The position numbers and the translations under genes are program-made. Below are positions 42,101-56,768 of a DNA stretch of 64,000 bases, one piece after another. The notes below the pieces were generated by a model. It saw only the letters and a list, made by a program, of their open reading frames with translations. It did not search any database and was not told the DNA's origin. Positions within the stretch are counted from its first letter, which is position 1, and the number at the start of each line of letters is the position of its first letter. This stretch comes from Octopus bimaculoides (Eukaryota), in contig NC_068998.1 in the NCBI RefSeq assembly GCF_001194135.2, forward strand, positions 51,038,348 to 51,102,347, given 5' to 3'.

Positions 42101-42213
42101 CCTTGATTAATTGTCATCAGTTTCACGAAAGGCATGCAAATAACAATTCTGTTTTGTTTTTCTCATTGCAGCTCATATTCTACTCAGTAATCAGTTCTCG
42201 AATTGTGTTTTGA
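37099..42213 (+). CDS. Cluster gene 4: secreted, probably GPI-anchored six-Cys protein (112/124 aa)
   Basis: Exons 37099-37135, 38178-38198, 40361-40457, 41204-41295, 41653-41738 (GTG-TGA to 41744, or splice to 42172-42213). Protein [111 protein letters not shown](V* or LIFYSVISSRIVF*). The N-gap 37610-38130 in intron 1 could hide an exon. Confidence 0.85.
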
Positions 42214-42309
42214 CTACAGTGAGCACGAAGAGAAATACTAACATAGATAAATAAAAGAAATTTATGTATCTTTGATAAATATATCTGCGTTGCTCTATAT
42301 AGTTTTGCT

Positions 42310-42900
42310 AGACTGAGAAGTTTCTCTTCATCGTTTATTTAAGTTGGTCATTGTAGCGTCGCATTAGTCAGCTATGTGATCTCTTGACCAGATGGATTAT
42401 CTTGTAGAGCCGATGCAACTGCTGAACGTAAAACGCTGCTTTGATCATGTGCTTGTTTTCAAGCATTTCGTAGTGGATTATGCAATCCTAATCTACCACA
42501 CGCAATCTAGCTCCTCGCCTGTATGCAGCTCTGCGTTGTCTCGGAGATTTGGTTGCTTTCTACTGTTTCATATTCACGAAATGATATTATTGTTAATCGC
42601 TGGCGAGCATGCGGTAAAAAATCTTTGTTTGTGTCCACGAAAAACCCGTTGCCGAGCAAACATGTGGTGGTTAAGTGTATCTCTTTCCTTCAGAGCATGT
42701 TTTGGATATTCACTGTCGAATGACGATAACGGGTGCTGGTATCATGAGAGGATGCCATCTGCTGGGCATTTCCCTTTTGGGCTGGCGGAGATTTTCGTGG
42801 ATGGATTGTTCAATCGACCTTTGTTGAACTGAAAAGGTTAGTGGGAATATGGAATGTCATTACGGTCGAATCTTCCTTTCTTAAAGCGTGCGAAATCCGT
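42310..42900 (-). mobile_element. Decayed mariner transposase relic 3' of gene 4
   Basis: Same motif as above, at the same position relative to the poly(A) region as in gene 3. Confidence 0.65.
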
Positions 42901-44635
42901 TCTCTGCTGTTATTTCTGTAATAGCATAGCATCCGTACGCACCACAAATGGTACAAGTGTTTTCGACAGCTTTGGAAACTGCACTCAGGTATGCCACACG
43001 GGTCTCTACACTCACACCGGATACTGAAATGTCAACAAAACTGAAGAATTTCCGGACGGAACTTCTAACCACAGTCTCACAAAATAGCAGATGTCGCAAT
43101 AATACGCGCGCGCGCGCGCACACACACACACATACACACACACACACACACACACATACACACACNNNNNNNNNNATACACACACACACACACACACACA
43201 TACACACACACACACAAACACACACACACACGTACATATAACAAGAGACACTATCAGCGATATCAGCTATATAACAAAAATTAACTTCCTGCAGATCTTT
43301 CAAGAACTATAACATAACTGTAAAACAAACTTTGTTATATTAAAATAAAATATGATGTATTGTATATTGCAGTTAGACAATATGCAATATAATCACCATA
43401 GGTAATTTTGATTATTTGGACCGCTTTAAAACTCTATTCTCTTCAACGACGCTGTGAACGTTACATCAGTTGCAGAATGTGAAAGATAAAGAACTGGAAT
43501 TACCCAAACGAAAACAAATTCAGAATTCATCCAGGGATGGATTCCCGTACCATACACCTTCCAGAATATTCAGGCTCACAATATATAAACACACTGTTGC
43601 ACAATTTCTTTTGCTTAATAAGCTATAAACCATATAAATCATTTGCTTAATAAACTATAAACCATATAAATCATTTCATAAAGTTAAAGAGTGCTTAATG
43701 TATGTCAATAAAAATTTTAACCATTCTAGAAATATCACAAATTCTATCGTTAAAATTATATCAACTTGTATTTCGAAGCTTTTGGCTTGTGAGGAGGTAT
43801 TTGCAGAAAATGAAACTTACTACGCATAATTTGAAGCTGGGTATAAGGAGAAAATTTACTGGAGAAAATTTACTATATCCAGAATCAAAACACTAATGAA
43901 ATTCCCGGAAATGATAGAATATTGAATGTGAGGAAATTTGATAGTGAGTGCAATAAAAATTAAAACAAATACAGCAGGAAATTTTATTTATCTTAAGATT
44001 CATAATAGTAACAACGATACAAATAAGGTTAGTAAAAAACGAAATATTGAACATAAATATTTTATTATGATTAAGAATAGATTCAACACTGTAGATACAA
44101 AATATATGTTTGGTATATACATTATTATTATTATTATTATTATTATTAGTAGTAGTAGTAGTAGTAGTGGTAGTAGTAGTAGTATATATTATATATATCA
44201 GGGAAGATTGTGTGGTAAGAATTTACTTCCCGGGGGACATTCTGGGAGGGATTGTGTGTGTGTAAGCATATATACACCCATAACGCAAACAATCGTGTGT
44301 GAATACTCCGATACTGTATTTGTATCGGAATGAGATTGCCTGATAGATTCATAGCGAATATATATACATTTATATATATTTTAATTTAATATACATGCAA
44401 GAATTGCTTAAGAAAATCCCAAATAAAAATGAAAATCATTTCCCAATGACCAGAACGTAGGTTTTAATCGTATTTCGACATCTTAACCGAATCACTAAAA
44501 TTGGTTTTATAGTCAACCAAATTCTTCACTACGTCACAATATATCTAATTACATTGTCAACGACGTATGAGCAAAGAGCTGCTAAATCATATTTAAACCT
44601 ATAGAACACACTCAAACAAACCCGTGCACACTCAT

Positions 44636-44713
<78 letters not shown>

Positions 44714-44781
44714 ATGTGTCTAGGTATGTATGTATGTATGGCTATTTCATGATAAAGATATTGCGTTTAGAAATGTCGAAG

Positions 44782-45760
44782 ATGACACCTTTTCTATGTT
44801 TTTCTCTTTTCATTGTTGGTAAGTATCCTTGGAAATGTTCGTATTTAATCTGTGTATTTAATCTACAAATCGAAATGGATCCTGATTCTCTTTTTCTTGT
44901 CGGTGTTTCGGAACAAAGTGATTCTGATACAATTCTTCAGCAGAGGTTTGAAAGGGATACAAAGTTTTAAATATTAGATTCAGATTCTTTTATTTTTCAC
45001 TCTTTTGAGTCATTGGTTTGTTACAATGCAGGTTCAGTTTCTTGAAGGATTTGGGGGGAAAATGGATCCCAATACTTCTTTTGTTTAATTTGGGCACTTA
45101 TTGTATCGGTCCCGTTGTCGGACTGCTATGTTACCGAGCTATANNNNNNNNNNNNNNNNNNNNNNNNNNNNNNNNNNNNNNNNNNNNNNNNNNNNNNNNN
45201 NNNNNNNNNNNNNNNNNNNNNNNNNNNNNNNNNNNNNNNNNNNNNNNNNNNNNNNNNNNNNNNNNNNNNNNNNNNNNNNNNNNNNNNNNNNNNNNNNNNN
45301 NNNNNNNNNNNNNNNNNNNNNNNNNNNNNNNNNNNNNNNNNNNNNNNNNNNNNNNNNNNNNNNNNNNNNNNNNNNNNNNNNNNNNNNNNNNNNNNNNNNN
45401 NNNNNNNNNNNNNNNNNNNNNNNNNNNNNNNNNNNNNNNNNNNNNNNNNNNNNNNNNNNNNNNNNNNNNNNNNNNNNNNNNNNNNNNNNNNNNNNNNNNN
45501 NNNNNNNNNNNNNNNNNNNNNNNNNNNNNNNNNNNNNNNNNNNNGTGTTACATACTGATTGTCACACATTCTCTGATATTAAGGTGAAATTGTTAAAAAC
45601 AGTGTTAAAAACAGTGTATGAAAATACACATATGGAAAAATACATATACATATTCTTATACATATTCTTTGACAATCGAATAAAATTGAGAAGGAACTGA
45701 CCTGGCCTTTTTCTCTTGTGTATATTGAAGGAATGTTTTACTGTCTTAAGAGACAGTATG

Positions 45761-45848
<88 letters not shown>

Positions 45849-46921
45849 TGTGTATCTGTGTTTGTCACCCCAACATCGCTTGACAACCGATCGTGGTGTG
45901 TTTAGGTCCCCGTAAATTAGCGGTTCGGCAAAAGTAACCTATAGAATAAGTGCTAGGCTAACAAAGAATAAGTCCTGGGGTCGATTTGATTCGACTAAAG
46001 GCGGTGCTCCAGCATGGCCGTAGTCAAATGACTGAAACAAATAAAAGAAAGAAAGAAAGAAAGAAAGAAAAAAAGAAAGGAAGGAAGGAAGGAAGATCAA
46101 TCTATTCGACTGTTAATGTAGTGCCTCAGCATGGTCGCAGTCCATTGGCTGAAACACGTTAAAGTTGAAAGATAAAAGATAACAGTTGCATTAAGAAGCA
46201 ACATTATAATAATCATAATAAGGTGTATGGTTATCATAATAATTATAATACGTCTATGATTATAATGATTATAATACAATCTATAATTATTATAATAATT
46301 ATAATACGGTCTATAATTATTATAATGAATAATAGTCTTCAAAAAGTACGAAAAGAAGCTCTACAGAAAACTACTTCCTCTGCACACAAACTCACAAGAT
46401 GTAAACAAAAGTCTTAGCTCCAACAATGCCCGATCACGATAGTTTTCAGTTAATTTTAACATGGCTTCAGACTAGAGTAACATGTTTTACTTATATGGCA
46501 ATTCGTAATATTTTTTCAATGTGATAAAAAACAGTGAATAACTTCACGAAATATATTTTAAAGTTGCAGGCGCTGCTAAGAATATAACGTGCTTGTCTAA
46601 AGAATTATGTCCTGAATCTTGGATAAGGTTCCCGGAATCGAAAAATGACGAGCATCACTGCAAGTAAGTTTCTCTTACTTACGGCTATTACTATATTATC
46701 ACAGCAGTCATTTACATATCAATTAATCTTTAAAAGCAATCATATAAACTACATATTACCATTGTTTATATTATTTACATTTGACGGATATTTGTTCTCA
46801 TCTTGTTTGTTGTTAGCACAATGTTTCGGCTGATATACCCTCCAGCCTTCATCAGGTGTCTTGGGGAAATTTCGAACTTGGGTTCTCATTCCTAAGGTAG
46901 TTTTCGATGTTGTTGTTGTTG

Positions 46922-46993
<72 letters not shown>

Positions 46994-49304
46994 TCACTGC
47001 CTAGAATCGAACACGGAATCTTGGGGTTAATAGCCCGCACTCTTAACCTCTACGCCATATGCCCGTGGGCTACTAACCCCAAGATTCCGAGTTCGATTCC
47101 AGTCGAAACATTGTGTTAACAACAAACAAGATGAGGACAAATATCCGTCAAATGTAAATAATGTACATAATTCTTCATCTCTTAAATATAGAACTGTACA
47201 TATTACCACTAAAAAATTGTTCGATGGAGTGCAGTTAATTAAAGCCAAACTGATACTTGAATGATGTATATTATATAAAACATGCAACTGAAATGTTCAT
47301 TGAATAGGATTTGGGAAAAAAATTATCCTCTCTAAACATTACTGCTTAAGTAGATAACACACCACCCGGTCCGTGAATTGAAACAACGCTCTTCAGATTG
47401 TAAGTGCAACATCGTAACCATTAGGCCACCTCCTCTACAGGATTTGTGACGAGAAAGAAAATATATCCCCGAATATTATGTTTAGTGCTCTACAGATTAT
47501 GACATTCAATGGTTAGTTTTACAGATTACTAAATATAACGACCGTTTTTAACATTGACACGAATTAACACAGATTTAGATAAATTAAATCCTACTCTCGG
47601 TGAGTACTATTGCAATCAATATTGGAACTCCGAATGAGAAATGAGACCAAGAAGAGATCCGCTATCACAGCTTCAAAAAGGAAAGTAATATTATTAATTT
47701 TATAAAAGTTTGTCTACTTCAGCAGGTTTCAACACTTTAACTATGAATTTATTTGTTATGGTTATTACAGTGATGATGTTAAATGCCAAAACAGATTTGC
47801 TGTATTTTGTAAGTCACGTTTCCTCAGTCTGCTCGACAACAAAACTAGTTTCAGACGTAACAATCATCAAGAAACGATAGATTGTTATACAAAGCGACTC
47901 TCCATAATGAAATGTAATGAAGTTTTGAGTGGATGTATCTGAACATGATACATTCACAATGCAAGAGTTTGCAAATAGTGCAAAATACTTAAAAATAAGC
48001 TAGCCACTGTTTTCTAAAATACTTATAAACTGATATCTGATGTTTGTTTCCAGGAGAACGAAAATGCATATTGAGTGTATTGAGAAAGTTAAACCGTCGT
48101 GTCTTCATTTCTTCATTGATACCTTTAAGACATTTTGCACTGGTAAGATGGCTTTACAATTATCTAATTTTAATGATTAACACCATGTATAACTGAACAA
48201 TTTTCCAAACATGAATTACGGTTGTAAATTTTGGCTCCTGCCAAACACGCTATAGCATGTCTTTCGCAACATTCTCTGTATGAGGTTCAGGTGAACGTGG
48301 TGGCCATTTTAACGGCACATTATCCTTGTCATTAGCACGCCCGATCCATCTCATTGAGATAAGCCCGCACAGTCAGCTTCCACTGAGATGGATCCCTATC
48401 CTGTTGTGAGATGACGAGCAGTGAGACTGAACCCTGAGCCAAGCGAGTTTAAGCAGACAGCCATGCTTGCGTCTATATTGTTATTTACACAATCAAACTT
48501 TAAGTAGCGGCTGCATTACATTACACATGCGGCATTTAGCTATAGCTCTCCAAATATTCAATCCGTTCTATCCCTCCATGTTTATCACCTGCGATGACAC
48601 AGTCATTATCTGATGTGTGTTAATGTAATTCAGGAATACCTGCCATTTACGTGTATCAATGAATACGATGAACTTGTGCAGGAATGCAAATTTGGAAACC
48701 AAAAGTTACTTAGAACAATCCTAAGGATATAAATTTGTAACTCTAAAATACAAGGTGTAATTACTTTCTGAAGTATCACTCTAAATATGTGGTAAGTAGC
48801 TTGCTTACCAACCACATGGTTCCGGGTTCAGTCCCTCTGCGTGGCACCTTGAACATGTGTCTTCTACTATAGCCTCGAGCCGACCAAAGCCTTGTGAGTG
48901 AATTTGGTGGCGGAAACTGAAAGAAGCCCGTCGTATATACATACACATATATGTGTGTGTGTGTCTGTGTTTGTCCCCCCGACATCGCTTGACAACCGAT
49001 GTCTTCGTAACATTAGCGGTTCGGCAAAAGAGACCGATAGAATAAGTACTAGGCTAACAAAGAATAATTCCTTGGGTCGATTTGTTCGACTAAAGGCTGT
49101 GCTCCAGTATGGCCGCAGTCAAATGACTGAAGCAAGTAAAAGAATAAAAGAATACATGTTTTGTTTATATCTATTCCAGATATAAGTGTGACACAACCTC
49201 AACTGTCGAGTTCTGTCTGCATTTCGACTTCCTTAAGCATATTACCAATATATCTCATTTCGGTATGGTGGTGCTGGAATTCAGAAACCATTGAAAGAGT
49301 GTGA
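44782..49304 (+). CDS. Cluster gene 5 (divergent subfamily B): secreted six-Cys protein with hydrophobic tail, 114 aa
   Basis: Exons 44782-44818, 46570-46663, 48054-48142, 49180-49304. Protein MTPFLCFSLFIVGAAKNITCLSKELCPESWIRFPESKNDEHHCKRTKMHIECIEKVKPSCLHFFIDTFKTFCTDISVTQPQLSSSVCISTSLSILPIYLISVWWCWNSETIERV*. Same 1/2/1 intron phases and Cys spacing (x5,x16,x8,x7,x11) as gene 6; N-glycosylation sequon NIT. The N-gap 45144-45544 lies in intron 1. Confidence 0.85.
46774..47158. repeat. Fold-back rearranged tRNA-head SINE with hammerhead-like tail, in gene 5 intron 2
   Basis: Outer inverted repeat of about 55 bp (46774-46828 / 47104-47158), inner inverted repeat (about 47003-47038 / 47066-47100), and a (TTA)n tract. 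A related minus copy lies at about 14670-14830. Confidence 0.65.
48786..49146 (+). mobile_element. SINE family A, near full-length copy in gene 5 intron 3
   Basis: Head matches 1901-2058; tail matches 45857-46045; ends in (AAAGAAT)-type simple repeat. Confidence 0.8.
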
Positions 49305-49564
49305 ATTTATGTGAGAATTTTTTTATAAACATACAATAAATTTATATTCTGTATCTTTACATTACAACTATATATTGGTTTCAAATTTTGGCTCAAGGCC
49401 AGCAATTTAAGGAAACGAGGTAAGTCGATTACCTCAACCCCATAGTTGAACTGGTATTGATCTTATTGATCTCGAAAGGATGATGACAGGCAAGGTTGAC
49501 CTTGGAGGCATTGAAACTCAGAACGTAAGTTCTGACGAAATGCCGCTAAGCATTTTGCCACCTG

Positions 49565-49882
49565 AATACACAAACTGTAATCACATTGATTATTATGTGT
49601 GGGTCGCAGTTGAGCGAGGGACCAAGAAAACTCTTTGTAACACCAAAGATGAACTGAAGGCAAGGATTATGGCAGCATTCACCAACTTAATCAGGAAGAT
49701 CATCCAGAAGAGTTACAGGAGAAGTTGTCTGAAGGCTGTGGTTGAAGCCAATGGTGATTTTATTTTATAACTTTGAAGATATATTTATGTAATATGTGGT
49801 AAATAAATCTGCTACAATGAAATGTCAGTACTATTTTCATTTTTACGTAATTGAAACGACAGTTTATTCACCGCACCCTGTA
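49565..49882 (+). mobile_element. Tc1/mariner 3' end fragment
   Basis: Transposase C-terminal motif plus terminal ...ACCCTG-TA. Confidence 0.65.
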
Positions 49883-50286
49883 TATGAGCGTATATATATG
49901 TATATGTGTTTGTGTGTCTGTGTGTATATATATATGTATATATATTTGTGTGTTTGTGTGTGCATGTGTATATATAAAAAGCAGCAAAAATATCACAAAA
50001 ACTGCTACAAAGGTCAGCAAATATACTGGAGCGGCACTTATTTTATGGACCCCAAAAGATGACAGTTAACGTTAACCTTGACGGAATTTGAATTCAGAAG
50101 ATAAGGACGGACGAAATGCCGCTAAACTTTTCGTCCGGAGTGATCGCCATTCTCTGAGAATTTGCCAAACCTAATAGATTATGTTATTAATAATGACGTG
50201 CAGTATTCTCTTTAGTAAATGGATCGTGTAAAACCAGAGAAGAATTTGGTTCTTTTCCATTATGAAAGGCCATAGAAGTTTCTTTC

Positions 50287-50320
<34 letters not shown>

Positions 50321-51519
50321 NNNNNNNNNNNNNNNNNNNNNNNNNNNNNNNNNNNNNNNNNNNNNNNNNNNNNNNNNNNNNNNNNNNNNNNNNNNNNNNN
50401 NNNNNNNNNNNNNNNNNNNNNNNNNNNNNNNNNNNNNNNNNNNNNNNNNNNNNNNNNNNACAAGCGCACAGACACGCATCATGCTTATATTGTTGATGAA
50501 TAACATCGTTAATAGACGTAGAAATTAACGTTTTTACAACACTTTTATTAATATTCATCTTTAAGAAAGCAACAAATGCTTGTCGTACCAAATACTGTGA
50601 GCATAAAGCGAACCAGATCGTAAGCCTGTAAAGAAATGTTGAATCATTCGGAAACACATGATATCAATTATTAAACCGTTGTTGTACGGTCAGAATATCG
50701 GAATGCAGAGATCTTCCTTATTGTAGTTATCAAAAGAGAGAGAGAGAAAAAAAGACACTCGAGATTCGTACAAAACTGAAGATGCCATACTATTTAATGG
50801 ATAGGTATCAATTGTTGTCGGTTAGGTGATCAAGAATAAATTTTACTTGAATTTTCTGAGGCGCTGAAAAGAGGCTGTGCGAATATCGAGGCGAGATATA
50901 TAAGCAAGTAAAGAGAGGACGCTGCCTCACGATAAAGTAGGGCTGAATGTGTCCCTTCTTCATGGAAATATTTTGGTAAAGTTGAATGAGTTTCTTTAGC
51001 CGCTCTAGATCACGATTTTAGTCACTGTTATACTTTTGTCTTCCCAAAATGCATTTTCATAAATATTCATAAATCGAATATTTTCTTTTAAGCCGTATTT
51101 GAATTTCACCAGACAAACATCCATGTCGTAGGTAAGAATATTATGTTGTACAAAGACGTAAAGTGGGGCGCAGAGTTACAGTAAGGTGTATTTCCTGAAA
51201 GAGAAACAAGACATCTCGTTTAATTAGGTTCATATTGATACGTCACAAATTAGTTCATTGCAACAACAGTTCATTCTTATGATTCTTATAATTTTTGTCG
51301 ATTAATTTTGCATTCCTACATGTTTGTTGCATTCATGGATAAAAGTAAATGCCAGGCCTTTATTAAACTGACTCAGTGTACTGGAGCATTTAATTGGGAT
51401 TCTTTGCATCAGTGCATAATACGATTTAGTGGGGACAGAGCGTTAGAATAAAAAGAGACAGCTAAATGCCGTACGGCATTATTTCAGTCATACATCGCAT
51501 ATTTAAGATTATATATATA

Positions 51520-51550
<31 letters not shown>

Positions 51551-51940
51551 NNNNNNNNNNNNNNNNNNNNNNNNNNNNNNNNNNNNNNNNNNNNNNNNNN
51601 NNNNNNNNNNNNNNNNNNNNNNNNNNNNNNNNNNNNNNNNNNNNNNNNNNNNNNNNNNNNNNNNNNNNNNNNNNNNNNNNNNNNNNNNNNNNNNNNNAAC
51701 AGTACTGTAGTGTATATTTTTTAAAATTACTTTTATGTGCCTCTGATTTCTAATGAGGCTGATTCTTGCAAGGAAGCGTCTATTGCAATGTTCATAAGGC
51801 ATCCGTATGCATGTATGTATGCATGTATGTATGCATGTATGTATGTATGTATGTATAGATGGATGGATGGATGGATGGATGGATGTACACACACGCACAC
51901 GCAAATATGCATACATACATACGTACATACATACATACAT

Positions 51941-52003
<63 letters not shown>

Positions 52004-52047
52004 NNNNNNNNNNNNNNNNNNNNNNNNNNNNNNNNNNNNNNNNNNNN

Positions 52048-52090
<43 letters not shown>

Positions 52091-52639
52091 AGAATAATAC
52101 AATACATATATATTTTAATGTTTATATGTTTTAAAAATGTTAATTCTAGATAATCGATATCATTGAGATATGACACCCTCATATAAATCAATTAAATGTA
52201 AATATCGGTTAGAATTTGATTACAACATATTTTCTGGTATTAAAGTCACATAATCAAAATATCTTACCAAAGCAATCTACCTGATAACGATTAAAGTAGA
52301 TGTGATAACACCCCGGGTATGCATTCAAAGTACAATTTTTTAAGAAGTTAAGTCGTCTGCAAAAAAAGCATCATACATTTATAGAATGTAGTTTAGAAGA
52401 AAATGGCTCTTATATTACGAAACAAATCTTATTATTAAGCATTAGGCAGGTCTGTGAAACGGAAATTTTGAAAATTGTTTTGATAAATATATGTTAATTT
52501 ATATATCTCTGTGTTGTTAATTTGAAATATCAAAAACGACTCTTTCCTAATGCCAAAAGTTTACTCACAATTTAACGGTAATATATATAATAATTTGTAG
52601 ATAAATCTATATGAGGTAAGATAAAATGAAACTAATTAA

Positions 52640-53220
52640 TGAAACTACTTTATTTAGTAAAATAAAACGCACAAATGCGATTGAGAGGTGAGGAAATAGA
52701 TGTTTACAAGTGTTCCATTCCTTTTTTTTATAACTTCATTGCCTCAAAATCTCTTCTTTTTTTCACTTGTTGGTTACGTCTGGAACATTTTCTTTTCTGA
52801 GAATTAATGGACACTGGCAATTCAACGTAATGCAGTGGTCGGCCATTTTATTGACATTCCCTCTTCCCTGTTATCTTCTTTTTATATTCCTTATGTCTTG
52901 CTGGAAATTTATCCTCATCCACATTCACCTGAATTTCCAGGAAGAAATTCCAGTGAGCATTTACAAAATGGACTTCAATGCTTATTTTACAAGGATCTCT
53001 CCCTCTCCATATCACTAGGACCCCAGGACGGAAAGATTGCTAAACACATTTTTTCCATTGTTTTACTTATTCAACATGAACTAAGCAGGCCTTATGAGGA
53101 GCCCACAACTTATATTGGCCTCCTAATTTCACGCCAAAATGGGCATAGTAAGATTTTTCGAAAAGTTTGGTAATATTCCTCTGTTATGTATGAGTCATAT
53201 ACCCGACCCAAATATAATAA
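52640..53220 (-). mobile_element. C-terminal relic of the same transposase type
   Basis: Minus-strand ISIEVHFVNAHWNFF and FLPGNSGECG resemble MSLKIHFLHSHLDFFPENLG; heavily decayed. Confidence 0.45.
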
Positions 53221-54014
53221 AGGCTAACCGGGCTTGTTGCACATCTTGTAGGAAACGGAAAGAGGGAGAACGATTTTTAACATCATCTATGGGATTTACC
53301 ATCTAAAAGTATTCACATCATCAAAGAAGTATCGGAAAGTAACATGTGATACAATAAAATAATATACGTAGCATATATACATTGAGAAAGGCATGAAGAA
53401 TTAAGTGAAATATAAAAGGAGGCATGCTGTAGGATTGAACCCAGAACCGTGTGGTTGGTAAGCAAGATACTTACCATATAGCTACTCCTGCTCTTATGTT
53501 AGAAAATAATTTTTATATTTAGTAATATGAAACTAGCGTAGGAGGATGTTACCGGTAAAGAACAGAACATTATGCTTTGTGATCTATTTTGGTTTTAAAT
53601 TCTAATATTATATTGCGTATCTTTACCTTCAGTTCGTTCTATATAACGTGCAGCACATAAATATTTGTTTGTCTTTAACTGACTACAATCTTTCTAAAAT
53701 TTTCTAGACATCGCGCCAATATAAAATATTCCACTAATCAAATTTGATGAATTGCCTGCTTATTAAAATCAATTAATATGCAAATATTAGATGTGAAAAT
53801 TTTAATAATATCCACAATTAAGAGAAACGTACCTGCAGTAATTCTTATCAGGATTCAAACGTGGGTATTTTGCCCAAACATGTGGACACATAACTGTTGA
53901 TCTACATGTGATTTTCGTAGCAACACCTGCACATTTTAAATTTTAAGTTCTTCAACATTCTGGCAATATTCAAGGAATATAATGTAAGACATCTTAACTA
54001 TAATATGAATTCAT

Positions 54015-54193
54015 GTAGTAAAGATTGTTTGCCAACATAACATGGCAGTCCTGGTTTAGGACGAATGTTGCTGTAATTCAGCCCAAGATCGTGTCGTATA
54101 GCCAGCTGGAGACGATGTCTCTTGGAGCTAAATTACAGCAACCTTCGTACTAAACCAGGACTGCCATGTATGTTGGCAAACAATCTTTACTAC
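54015..54193. repeat. Hairpin MITE (about 75-bp inverted arms)
   Basis: GTAGTAAAGATTGTTTGCCAACAT...CATGGCAGTCCTGGTTTAG / CTAAACCAGGACTGCCATG...ATGTTGGCAAACAATCTTTACTAC. Confidence 0.8.
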
Positions 54194-55634
54194 AAAGCAC
54201 TGTTGCTGAATATCTCTCATTGTGAGATTTAAAAATGATAATTTTCTAATATGAATTATTGTCTAAAACTATGTTAACATTTAGAGACTATCATATGAAT
54301 GTGAATATTATCATTGATGAGAATTTTTCTTATAATAATACTGTTTGTAGGAAGAAATGTTTTATGTGATGCACTTGATTGGTTAGATATTTTAAGAATT
54401 TATAATTATTGTAATATTGCGGTTATAGGAAATTGAATATGTTTAAGTATCTAATGATAAATTAAACTGATATGATCCGAGTGTATATTCTGTGATTATA
54501 ACAAGTAAAGATTTTATAATTGTGGTGCCTCGAGGATGTCCAAAGTAAAGGTATGTGTTGAGAATTAGGAGTGTATTCTTCTGTCAGACAATGATGTCTT
54601 TATTGAGTAAGTTTGTGGTGGAAAGAGAATCTAATAAGGGAGTATGTCTGTTATCCATATATAGTTATGATGCGCCAGGCTGAGATAATAATGTGTGGAA
54701 TGAGATAATCTTTTGTAGTGTTATTCATATTACTAAGCTTCTTATATATTACTTTAACTATTATGTTGCATTCAATATAGATACGAACATTCCATTATAT
54801 GAACATTCCTCCTTCATATATAAATAGTAAATACCAAGGAGAGAGAAACCTCGCTCCCACAAAAATCGACATCTAAGGAAATGATTTAAAACCAATCGCT
54901 TGTATCCGACAGTAATTATCTCATCATGCAAACGTCTCCCACGATCATATATCTGTGTCTCTCTGTGGAAGGAGTTCTTTTTTAACGAAGATAAAACGCT
55001 CCATCGTTGAAATATAAATAACAAAAACGATGTCACATTTTAAACTTAAGACAAGCCTTGCATATGTTTGCTCTTTCACTCACAGATTTTATTTGTAATG
55101 TGCGAGTTGTTTGAAGCCTTTTCCTCAAAACCCTAGCTTATCCAGATTACCATATGCAACAATGATTTTGATATAAATGTGAATTTATATTATAGTTAAG
55201 ATATAGAAACCGGATGTTTCGAAGCAGTTGTCCATAGCTATCCCCGTTCCCTTTGATATTTATGTATGTATGTATGTATGTACGTGTGTGTGTTTATTGT
55301 TGTCTTGCTGTATAATTTTCATGAACCTTCTTATTTCTTAAGGTCTTTCACTGTCATTCGGTTTTGAGAATTGCGTTGTGATATAAATTATACAAGAGAC
55401 AGTGGAACGCGTATTCTACTCTGTATCCATACGTATATGCATACACCCTCTCACACATACATATCACTATAAGTATATATCCAAATCTCCATATAACTAT
55501 GTACATATATGTGTATATATCTATGTATGTAAGCATACGTATATAAGTTTGTATATGTGTGCGTAAATGTAGATAGATAGATAGATAAATAGATAGATAG
55601 ACTGTTGGATGTATGGACAGATAGACAGACAGAC

Positions 55635-55704
<70 letters not shown>

Positions 55705-56644
55705 AGTGTGAGATAGACAAAGTGAGAGATAGAGATAGAGAGAGATAGGGTAGGTAACAGAGAAGACAAAAAGATAAATCTAATCATACACATAAACTAT
55801 GCATACATAACTAAAACAAGTTTTAAAAACAAACTTTCATTGCTTACCGACAATGAAAAAAGAGAGGCAGAAAATATATTTCATTGTATATATTCAGCTT
55901 GCATGAGTGGTCGCGTAATGGTCACCTACGTTCTTATATTCATTCAAAGACGCAATAAATGTTGTTTACATTAAAACATGTTATATATTTTCTACGTGTA
56001 GTATTTTATTGTGACGTTTTTAATGATCTGTATGGCGTTTAAAATTATATTTATGTTCAGTTTGCGAACACTGAAATATAAGATGTATTTTAAATGCGAA
56101 TTTCAGCGGCGGATTTTCATTATAAGTACTTCACACATGCACACAATAACATGTTTATGCATATATGAATTTCTCGTCTATATAAGTGATGTTTTTTTTT
56201 ATTATTAATTGAAGGCGACTGAGTATATAATTAGTCCTTGGGCTAAACAAGAAACGCACATACATACTATAATATTACTAATTGATTAATGGAGGCATTA
56301 ATGTCTCATTAATCAATTCAAAATTAGTTGGAAACAGCTGCAGTGAATTGACACATTATCCATATGTATATATATATATATATATTTGAAGAAAAAGAAA
56401 GCAGTTGGGATTCTGGATAATTCTTTATTAAAGCCTTGTTCATTTAATCGAACACTTCGAGACAGAAATTTTAACCGAAATGATGAACGTTACCTGTTTT
56501 TTTATGCGAATCAGATGTTTTTTTATTATTTCTTTAGAAAGGGAGATTATTTCTTTGTTTTTTGGGGGAAGAAAAGGAGAAAGAGACAAAATGAGAGGGG
56601 GCAGAAATGTATATATATGTACATGTAAGTATACATGCATATAT

Positions 56645-56718
<74 letters not shown>

Positions 56719-56724
56719 ATATCA

Positions 56725-56768
<44 letters not shown>

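Noticed and set aside
47496-47511. AG...GTTAGT micro-exon candidate conserved with gene 6 (58483-58497)
   Set aside because: It is 16 nt in gene 5 and creates an in-frame TGA in phase 2, versus 15 nt in gene 6. The frame is not conserved, so it is treated as conserved intron, though the gene 6 copy could be checked.
47771-47808. Candidate exon DDVKCQNRFAVF with a GTAAGT donor in gene 5
   Set aside because: Phase 2-1 breaks the frame of the next exon (T+GA gives a stop), and no homologue is seen in gene 6.
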